DNA of 64,000 nt from Cenococcum geophilum. Lineage: Eukaryota. Location: positions 20,336,001 to 20,400,000 of the forward strand of contig CP158635.1 in assembly GCA_050273025.1 (NCBI GenBank), in the 5' to 3' direction. Made by a program: the position numbers and the translations under genes. Below are positions 54,064 through 64,000 of the stretch, piece after piece; position 1 is the stretch's first letter, and each line of letters opens with the position of its first letter. The notes under the pieces are model-generated. The model did not search any database. It was given only the letters and a program-made list of their open reading frames with translations, and had not been told where the DNA came from.

Positions 54064-54575
54064 GGCGATTACTTAGTTGGTTAGGATTAGAGTATAAAAG
54101 CCATAATACGCGTATATTCGGCAGTCTAATAATATAGATAAACCAGAGAGCTTGGAATAATGTTGAGCGGCATCTATGCGGGCCAAAAATAGAACATAAC
54201 GTTTTATCAGGAAACGCGAACGGCAAACTGCTGCCGTGGTCCTCGGAGGGAAAGATGAGCGACCCAGTTGCAGGATGTCATGAGTATTCGAGACTGAACA
54301 GAATGTGACAACTCAAATCCCCCACAGGGAAGAACTATCGCGTATTCGATGTAAAGAGGCCGTAAAAGTAATAATTTTGATAAAATGGTGGAGAGAGAAG
54401 AGGCTACAGAGATGCAATACATATTTCAGCCGCGTGGAATGGCGTCGGGAAAACTATTCTCGCTTGCGTATTTTCTCATAAATCAGACCCTCGGGGGAGC
54501 GTTGGTACGTGCACTACGCGCACTACGCGCACAGGCGGGCATACTGCTCCTTATTAACCAACGAAATTCTCCCCC

Positions 54576-55246
54576 GAGGGTCTGAGAGCTTATGGGCGTC
54601 GCTTTGGTGAGAATGCAGCGTTAAAATGCAGCAAAAATCACCTTTTTCACTGCTGTATCTCAACTATTTTACAACGTCTAGTTATTATAAAAATACTACG
54701 AGGTAAGAGCTCTTTAGCTTCTCTATCTATTGCATTAAAAAATAACGTTGTAGCTATATTATATAAAATATTAGATATAGGCAGTCGGTCGCATTTATGG
54801 TCAGTATTTTGTCGCAATTTTGTTACAATTTTGCCTCACTGCTATACCTTACATACTTCTCTACATCTAATTATTTCTAAAATACTATAAGCTAAAAGCT
54901 CTTTATTTTCTCTATCGCCTCTACGTTACGGCAATATTATAGCTCTATTTTATAAGAAGTTAGATATAAGTAGTCGGTCGGTTTTAGTTAAAATCTACAG
55001 ATCCGTAAAAACATTCAAATTGAACATCTGACTTACGTTGTGCGACAATGTATCTCGCCCCCTAGTATTCTTAGTAGGGGGTTATAATTTATAAATATAT
55101 AGATATGATTACCTAAAGAATCTATTGCATCAATAAAATATATAATAGGTCTTGTGGTTAGGACGTCGCTCGTAAAAATACACAAAATTTGATTTTTAAA
55201 ACATTCAAATCTCACCAAAGCGACGCCCATAAGCTCTCAGACGCTC
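54576..55246. mobile_element. Non-autonomous TIR element (671 bp), probably Mutator-related, with two ~190-bp internal direct repeats
   Basis: About 37-bp TIR GAG(G/C)GTCTGAGAGCTTATGGGCGTCGCTTTGGTGAGA. Internal repeats at ~54645-54790 and ~54835-54980 both end in AGTCGGTCG. No TSD seen. Confidence 0.8.
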
Positions 55247-55598
55247 CATTCAGAATTTTTAAATATAGGGAGCAGATATGAGTGATTTTCTAGTGTGCCC
55301 GCCCCGTAACCAAGCACGTGCTGATCTAACTGAGTTCGGTTAAAATTCTGCTACAGAGCGTCTGATTCATGAGATAACTTGCGCGGGGTGCAGCTGAGCA
55401 GGGTCACGGAAAAGTTGAACAGGGTCACCGATGGGGGTCGGCGAAAGCTGAACGGGGTCACCAATGGAGCGCCGGAAAAAGGTCGGTAGGGTCACACTTT
55501 TACCCATACAAAACACGCATTGGTAGCCATATTTAACTTAAGCGACCGCACAAACTAAAATATTCAGGGCATATGCTACGTATACGCAGGCATACAGG

Positions 55599-55640
<42 letters not shown>
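55599..55640. repeat. (AT)n microsatellite with one interruption
   Basis: Directly visible. Confidence 0.95.
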
Positions 55641-55689
55641 TTACGCATATTATAGTATATAAATAATAAGTGAAAACTATACTAAAGCA

Positions 55690-58600
55690 AATAAGAGTAT
55701 AGCAGGATAGTTAAACGGCCTACTAGTTAGTATGTATAACTATATGCTACGCATATACTAAGTATACGTAGGCATTCTAGAGCTTACCTAATATTAAATA
55801 TAAAGATGATAGTTCTTAAGATAATATAATCGGCGGAGAGGGTATTAAAGATAAAGAGGGTAAGAAGGAGGATAAGAAGGGTAAGGGTTAAGATAGTATG
55901 TAATAGCGGCTTCCATTTTATATAGGTCTCTCTAAGGTAAACTATATCCAACTTTATACATAAGCTATATATATACTTAGAATAGCTAGGGAATACTCTG
56001 AGACTATAGAGCACTTATTAGCTCTAACGGCAAGTATTAAGTTATTGTCTAAAAGGTAATAGACTATATTATAATGCCAGAATATCTAGCAACTAGGAAA
56101 GAAGGAATTATATACTTTATCTATAAAGCAATACCTCTACTATCTATAGATGCAGATAAAAAAATAGTATGTGAGGTTATTAATTAGTATATATTAAAGG
56201 TAAGCAATACATATATAAAGCATATACTGTATTTATATATCTAGCAGATTTAATTCTTATTCCATTAAACTGGTAGCCCTAGGATTATATAACTACAGCT
56301 TCTTAGTAAAAACAATTAGGAGAGTAAAAAAGCATTCCACTAAGCGTTTAAATACAGCGGCATTAGATACTGCAAGTATACCTATAAGGATATGCTCCGC
56401 ATATGCTTAGTATATAATAGGGTTAAGCTTAAATCAATTAACGACCTTTGAAAGCGTAGTAGTTGTCCATACCAGGCAGTAGAGATTAATAAAATGCTTA
56501 AGTAAAGCATAGAGAAGTAAGCATTATCTATATATATTAGGTATATACTTATAATATACAGCTACTACCACAGTATTCTATAATTATGGCGGCAGTGTAT
56601 CTACCCTAGTACATAAGAATGTGTATATAGTAAAAGCAGACTAACGATGTTTTTTTGGCATGGAGTATGTATATATCCGGCATATGCGTAATATATGCTT
56701 ATTATATATAGGTAGAGTTTATCGGTTATTCTAGCAGTAGTGATACTAAACTATAGTATACTACCTGGCCTTTATCATCAACAACTGCCCAGGTAGATAT
56801 TCAATACCTTTGGTTACTTATTAAATATGGAGTTTAGGAAGTTAAATGAGAATGTACCTATATTGGATATATAACGTTAAAGCGAAAATATTATAGTATA
56901 TAATATATATATCGTGCATACGCTATATATATACTAAGCCGACGTAGGATTCGACCACCCGTAAGGCTAAGGTAGGGTAGTGGGCCGAACATACGGTGTA
57001 TAGTTAGACTGCTATATTCCTATTAATATAGCACAGTATCCTTATATTTACCTTATTACACGAAATTCTTATATATATTATCTACTATATCTAATAAAGC
57101 TACTAATTGACCTTGCTAATAATGTAGTTAAAGTAATAAAGTAGGTAGATGTCCTAAGCCTTACTACACGTATACTCCGTATATGCATAGTATATGCGAA
57201 TGAAACTACTTACCATTATATAGGTCGATTTATCCTATTGCCGCAGTACTATATTTTATATAGGAAGTATAGAACGCAGACACTACGTGCCGTATATAGT
57301 AGTCTTAATATTAAGGATCGAATTACTGCTCTAATTCGGAAGGAAAGGATGCTATAATTCCTAGAGGGGATGGCATATATAGGTAAGTATAGGTTAGATA
57401 TACGCCAAGCATATACAGAGGCTAAGCGTAGTAGGTATACTACGTGAGTTCTCTATTAATCAATATAAAGAGAACACCGAGCAATGGATTCGGGCAATTT
57501 ATAACTTTAATAACGAGTATTTCCTTATCGTATATTATACGTATACGCAAGCTAAAGCATTTTAACGCGTAATATATATCGAAATAGACCTATTATTTAA
57601 GATAGTTTAAGGTAAAACGAATCTATTCTTAATTATAGGATAGGACAAGAATTCTAAACGTATGTATACCCTATGCCATATATATGCTATATATGAGCTA
57701 AATACTTATAAAAATCAAGGTATAGGTATACGCCTTTCTTAACCTAGAAACACGTGCTATATACATAAAGATATTTTAGCTAGTATTTAAGGTATTAGGT
57801 AATACTGCTTAATTATCTATACAATTTGCATATATTTATAGAACTAGACTTTGCACTGCTATAGTTAATATGTGTAAGAAATAAGCTGGTGGTGAGTATA
57901 CGCTCTATATATGCTCTGTATATGCTAAGCATATGCTTATAATATATAGGCTTTGGAGATTACCTATATATAATTAACCCATCCCGTAAATGGGACGAAC
58001 ACCTTTAGTATATACTTATATTTTGCCTAGTATACGTTAAACAAAACTTTATAAAGCGCTTTTAAACTTATAAAGTAAGATATATTATAGAGCAGATATA
58101 GGAAGCAGAGACAAAGTAGAAACTAACAGCGCGTATATAAAGTATATACACACTGCATCCGGAGCTTACGTCTTAGATAAACAACAAAAAGAAACTATAG
58201 ATACTAGCCGGGCTTATAAAAGAAAAGTCAAAGGTTCCTTACAAGTAGTGGGCGTATATACGGAAGCATACTGGAATTAGTAAAAGTAGTCACTTTTAAA
58301 ATAATAACTTTACTGGTTGAAAGTTATACATACTTGCCGCAGTACTACAGTAACGGTATATGCTCTACATATGCTCTGCATATTCTAATATTTTAGTATA
58401 GGCTTAAACTTTATATATAAGAAATATTCAATCTATAAGAGCTATATAAAGAGACGGGAATAGATAATATATAGAAAAATCAGAGTAACTTAAAGCGAAT
58501 AGCAGTATAGCTATAGAAATAATATATGCATATATAAAGCATATATAAAGTATATACTAAGCTTAAGCAGCGCAGAAACAGCAGAAATTAGCTAAGCGGC

Positions 58601-58990
58601 GAGCTAGAAATCCTAGCCTAAATCTTCCTTAAAATCCTTAGAATCCATTTAATACCCCTAAGCCTACTATATTTAGTAGCCAGATTATCTCGCAGATAAG
58701 TACAGTAGATAACGATATTGCATTAGTATTGGATATGTCGCGTGTATCCACCGCATATACAACGGAGATGCCACCACCACTATCGCGAAGTTAAACACCC
58801 CGGACTATAGGCAAGAGGTATAGGTCTTACCTATCTACAAAGGAGCTAGAAAAGGAGGCATATACACTACGTATAGAAAATATAAAGCAACGAATTAACA
58901 AATTAAAATAAGCTAAAGACGCATATAATAAAGCAAAAGAACTAGCAGAGCTTAAGAAGTGGGCATAAGAGCATAATGTTAGCATATAGG
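55690..58990 (+). pseudogene. Intron-rich MULE-type DDE transposase pseudogene (boundaries approximate)
   Basis: De-RIP motifs EMDLSFK (57581-57601), VDMCKKQA (~57864-57887), FCLVHVKRNF (CxxH, ~58021-58050), GISESSH (~58273-58293). Several GTAAG/GTGAG/GTATG...AG intron-like segments. Confidence 0.65.
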
Positions 58991-61216
58991 GCGCATATAC
59001 ACAGTATATGTATAGAAAGTATTATATAGAGTTCCATAATAAATAAAGAATTAATTAATATGGGCCTATCGCCCTATGCCCTATATTAGGCATATGCCTA
59101 GCCTACCTACTAAATAAACCCTAATAAAACTCCGACTATATATAATGCATACTATATACTATATGCGTAGCGTACAGGCCTAGTATATACCAGGACTTAT
59201 AGCTTGGGACTTGCGCGGTAAAGGTAAGTTAAGTAGCAGGTTCCGCCCGCGGCTTATATAGAGCATAAGTATAATATACACAACAAAAGGAACTAAACTT
59301 ACTAGAGCTCTTACCTCTACCACAACGGGCCGTTGGCTTTTTACTCGCTAGTGCTAAACATTAGCTGTATATATATAGGGTATATGCAAGACAAGCTTAC
59401 CCCTTTAGCGGCGGGTGGACGGCAAAAGGGACTCCTCGCGGTCGCCTAGCGGGGTCAGGCCGCGCTATGTATATAGTTAGCGTATGCCAAATATATGTAG
59501 GTGAAATACTAACCCTATATTTTAAGCCAGTAGAGGGAGTGAACGGGCCAACGCGCTGTTTCTCTCTTATTAGCATACGCCTAGCATAAGCACGCGTTAA
59601 CCTATAGTTAGTTAAAGATAATAGGGGTTTATATATGCGAAGTATATACGCGTATAAGCTAGCAATATAACCAAGTGGTGGTTTTGGTGATGTATATATA
59701 GGGCCTATATAAAGTCGGACTTTACTAGTCTCCTAGATATAAAGACAAGCGTTCGTTTCTAAATCGGGTAGTAGTCCTAGTAGTAGCCGTGCTTATTCCT
59801 CGCATACGCTACCCTTAGGCCTATAAGCACCCTTAGGTCTAAAATTAAACTTAGGGGGAATAAGTATATATATAGATAGATAGATAGATATATTAGGGTA
59901 TAGTGCGTATATATAGAAGCGATACTAGTGCTCTTACCTTGTAATAGAATTACCTGCCAAATCGGGTAGTAAACCCCTAGTCTTAAGCACTATATTTAGT
60001 TAGCTTAGGCTAGATATATACTAAGTATAGAGTAAGCATACGCGATTAAAGTGCAGGCGTTTATATACTCTAAAATTCTTGACCCTAAAGGGCCACGGCT
60101 GTGTGCGGTGTTAGTACTGTATATATAGTGCATATATATAACCTACCTAGGCTTATATAGGTACCTAGCATCCTATTAGCCACTAAAGAGAACAAAACGC
60201 TTTAGGGCGCTATGTTATATTAGCGTTGTATATACATAGCATATACTAGGTATATACTTCTCCCCTATAATCAACTCCGCAGCCAACATATTAGTAGTAG
60301 GAGGATTAGTTACTACATATAGTAAGCATATACCTTTAATAAACTGCATAGTAATACATACAGGCACCGCTATACTTATTGCGGACATAGCGGCGATACT
60401 ACAACTCTATTAGTAAGACGTAGATACTATATATATGCAGAACATACGCTAGGCTAGGCCGTAAAGACCCGGCCGCACATCTACGTGCCATTTACTGTAA
60501 TATCATAGCTATATTTATTGTCAGCATATACTATATATAAGGTGTGGATATGCGACCTATACTATGGAGTTAATAGTAGACAGTGTGGAGGCAGGGTTAG
60601 GTGGATCTAGTTTACGCTTAGTATATACGCACTCTTTACGTAGAGCCTTTCTGGCACCTACTCGCGTTATCTTAAATAGTTATAGCTAGGGCTGTATAAG
60701 GTTAGCATATGCTATAGGTATATGGCTCTAGATTTACATACGCCTTCTACCTACTACTACTGCGGCGGCGCGTGCTTTATCTACTATAAGCATATACTTT
60801 GCATACGCGTTCTCTATAACTAACCTAGTATTACCTAGTTAGGGTTAGGATTAGGAATCGGGCCTATATACTTTTATTAATATATACTTCTTCTAGGTAT
60901 ATATAAAGCATATACTCACCATAATAGTACCTAAAGGCGCTAGGGTTAGTAGCACTGGCCACCTATAGATTATTAAAGTCTATAATTGTGAGGCTTATAG
61001 TAAGCATAGGCTAAGCGTATACTAAAGTAAAATTGAGATATTAATATTGCCCTAGCCAAATGTTAGCATATATAGCGCTTATACATAGGCTATATAGTAT
61101 ATACTTATGGCGTATGCTGCGGTATTATAGAGAAGTTCTAGTATAACCGCTGTTGTTATGAATATATAACGCGTATGCACGGTCCATGTTTTAATAACTT
61201 AGCTCGCTTACTTTAT

Positions 61217-61695
61217 ACGGTAGCTAGTGATATGCATATACCCCGCATATGCAAGCCACGCGTCATTTAATATTCACGATTTATTATATACCGTCAATTA
61301 TCAAGCACTATAAAATTTTATTAAAAATTAAATTTATTTTATATATGCGCTATATATATAGAAACTTAGTAGGGTTAGAAGCTGAGCATAGTTAGAAAGG
61401 TTCTAACCCTGTTAAACTTTGTAACCTTACCAAGTTTTTCCGTGACCTCGCCGAGCTGTAAGCCTATAACTTGCGTAGAAGTCTCGGGGCTTACAGCTCG
61501 GCGAGGTTATAGAAAAACTCCCATGCTCAGCTTCTAACCCTGCTGAGTTTCTGCATATGCAGCGCATATACAAAATAAATTTAATTTTTAATAAAATTTC
61601 ATAGTGCTTAATAATTAATGGTATATAATAAATCGTAAATATTAAATAACGTGTGGCTTGCATATACGGGGCATATACACCCCACTAGCTACTAT
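61217..61695. mobile_element. Hairpin MITE (~479 bp) with a nested internal hairpin; present only in the left palindrome arm
   Basis: Outer arms ~61217-61390 and 61522-61695; inner arms ~61433-61464 and 61488-61519. The empty site TTACTTTATCCC is visible on the opposite arm. Confidence 0.88.
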
Positions 61696-61697
61696 AT

Positions 61698-62369
61698 CCC
61701 TTGCACCAATATCATCCTTAGAGGTATAGCCCATGCACGCGATTAAGAACATTAACTTCCTCGCCTTAAGTTATAAATAGATAACTTTATTAATTAAATA
61801 TACCGCTAAAATAGTATGTAATTATATATCCAATAATATAGATCTTATATAGCCTACTTAATATACTATTTCCAAAAATTTGGTTATAAAAAGCCACCGC
61901 TTTAGGCTCTAACACTTCCTCCTTTAAAGAGCTTTAGTAATACGGCAGAATAACTTACCGCCTATATATGCACCTTATTAATTAGTGCGTATAGGCCACA
62001 GCTTTAAGGACGTAACTTATTAGTATAAGGGATAACCCTTATACTAATAAGTTGCGTCCTTAAAGCTGTGGCCTGTGCGCACTAATTAATAAGGTGCATA
62101 TATAGGCGGTAAGTTATTCTGCCGTATTACTAAAGCTCTTTAAAGGAGGAAGTGTTAGAGCCTAAAGCGGTGGCTTTTTATAACCAAATTTTTGGAAATA
62201 GTATATTAAGTAGGCTATATAAGATCTATATTATTGGATATATAATTACATACTATTTTAGCGGTATATTTAATTAATAAAGTTATCTATTTACAACTTA
62301 AGGCGAGGAAGTTAATGTTCTTAATCGCGTGCACGGGCCATACCTCTAAGGATGATATCGGTGTAAGGG
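61698..62369. mobile_element. Two inverted copies of a 334-bp MITE with CCCTTGCACCGATA-type TIRs (61698-62031 and 62036-62369)
   Basis: Each unit begins CCCTTRYACYRATA and ends TATYRGTRYAAGGG. AT flanks three of the four ends. Confidence 0.78.
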
Positions 62370-64000
62370 ATAAAGTAAGTAAGCTAAGTTATTAAAACAT
62401 AGACCGTATATACGCGTCGCATATCTATAACAACAGCGGTTACACCAGAACTTCTCTATAATACCGCAGTATACACTATAAGTATATACTATATAGCCTA
62501 TATATAAGCGCTATATATACTAACATCTAGCTAGGGCAACATTAATATTTTAATTTTACTTTGGTATACGCTTAGCCTATATTTACTATAAGCCTTATAA
62601 TCGTAAACTTTAATAATCTATAGGTGGCCGGTGCCACTAACCCTAGCGCCTTTAGGTACTACTATAGTAAGTATATACTTCGTATATACCTAGAAGAAGC
62701 ATATATTAATAGAAGTATATAGGCCCGATCCCTAACCTTAACCCTAACTAGGTAACACTAGGTTAGTTATAGAGAACGCGTATATAAAGTATATGCTTAC
62801 AGTAAACAAAGCACGCGCCGCCGCCGTAGTAGTAGGTAAAAGGCGTATATAAATCTAGAGCCGTATATTTATAGCATATACTAACCTTATACAGCCCCAG
62901 CTATAACTATCTAAGATAACATAAGTAGGTGCTAGAAAGGCTTTACGTAAAGAGTGTGTATATACTAAGCGTAAACTAAATCTACTTAACCCTACCTCCG
63001 TACTATCTGCTATTAACTCTATAGTATAGGTTGTATATCTATACCTTATATATAGCATATACTAACAATAAATATAGCTATAATATTATAGTAAATGGCA
63101 TATAAATATACGGCTAGGTCTTTACGGCTTAGCCTAGCGTATATTCCATATATATACAGTATCTATATCCTACTAATAGAGTTATAGTACTGCCGCTATA
63201 TCTGTAATAAGTATAGCAGTACCCATATATATTACTATACAGTTTACTAAAGGCATATACTTACTATATACAGTAATTAACCCTTCTACTACTAACATGT
63301 TAGCTACAGAGTTAATTATAGGGGAGAAGTATATACCTAGTATATACTATATATATACAACGCTAATATAACGCAGCGCCCTAAAGCGTTTTATTCTCTC
63401 CAATAGCTAGTAGGATACTAAGTACCTATATAAGCCTAGGTAGGTTATATATATATACTATATATACAGTACTAACACTATATATAACTGTAGCCCTTTA
63501 GGGTTAAGAATTTTAGAGTATATAGACGCCTATACTTTAATCGCGTATACTTACTCTATACTTAATATATATCTAGCCTAAGCTAACTAGATACAGTACT
63601 TAAGACTAGGGGTTTACCACCTAATTTGGTAGGCAATTCTATCGCGAGGTAAAAGCATTAGTGTCGCTTCTATATATATATACTATACCCTAATATATCT
63701 ATCTATCTATATATATATATACTTATTCCCCCTAAGTTTAATTTTAAACCTAAGGGTACTTATAGGCCTAAGGGTAGCGTATGCAAGAAATAAGTACGGC
63801 TACTACTAGGACTACTACCCGATTTAGAAATAAACGCTCGTTTTTATATCTAGGAGACTAGCAAAGTCCGACTTTATATAAGCCCTATATATACATTACT
63901 AAAACCACTACTTAGTTATATTGCTAGCTTATACGCGTATATACTTCGTATATACAAACCCCTATTGTCTTCTACTAACCATAGGTTAACGCGTGCTTAT

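Larger units (their letters stand above)
55356..61216 (+). mobile_element. Large Mutator-like (MULE) element, left part, RIP-degraded
   Basis: Terminus GAGCGTCTGA is shared with the neighbouring TIR element. Four subterminal GGGTCAC repeats (55401-55497). Transposase remnants lie downstream. Confidence 0.65.
59586..64000. repeat. Giant inverted repeat (palindrome): arms 59586-62031 and 62036-64000+, 4-nt spacer ATAA
   Basis: The last bases of the window are the reverse complement of 59586 onward. Arm lengths agree (1965 bp) after subtracting the MITE present only in the left arm. Confidence 0.95.

Noticed and set aside
48625..54585. Short ORFs overlapping IML1 and its upstream region
   Set aside because: Shadow ORFs with no recognisable domains.
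59586..64000. Palindrome as a sequencing fold-back chimera
   Set aside because: The arms carry independent RIP-type differences and an arm-specific MITE, which a chimera would not produce; read-level confirmation is still desirable.
1..64000. rRNA/tRNA genes or Starship-type tyrosine recombinase elements
   Set aside because: None recognised by eye; tRNAscan-SE, Infernal and DUF3435 HMM searches would be needed to exclude them formally.

Overview
Fungal (filamentous ascomycete, probably Dothideomycete-like) genomic DNA with a two-compartment layout. Two GC-balanced single-gene islands are present: a peroxisomal Lon protease (minus, 29809-32748, 1 intron, C-terminal SRL) and IML1/DEPDC5 (minus, 48293-54063, 2 introns). 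About 80% of the window is AT-rich transposon DNA degraded by C>T/G>A transitions typical of RIP (repeat-induced point mutation). This includes nested Ty3/Gypsy chromoviruses (one structurally complete copy, 33891-41844, TAAGA target-site duplication, TSD), a piggyBac-like element, a pogo/DDE_1 remnant, an intron-rich Mutator-like element and several hairpin MITEs. Three observations stand out. (1) The piggyBac-like element ends in CCCTTAACCC...GGGTTAAGGG and duplicates only AT rather than TTAA. (2) A palindrome with arms of at least 1.96 kb and a 4-nt spacer is centred exactly on the end of a CCCTT-ended MITE. (3) An antisense, apparently intron-containing six-cysteine ORF is conserved in the 3' region of four Gypsy copies from two subfamilies. 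All TE protein readings are manual de-RIP reconstructions; no database searches were run.
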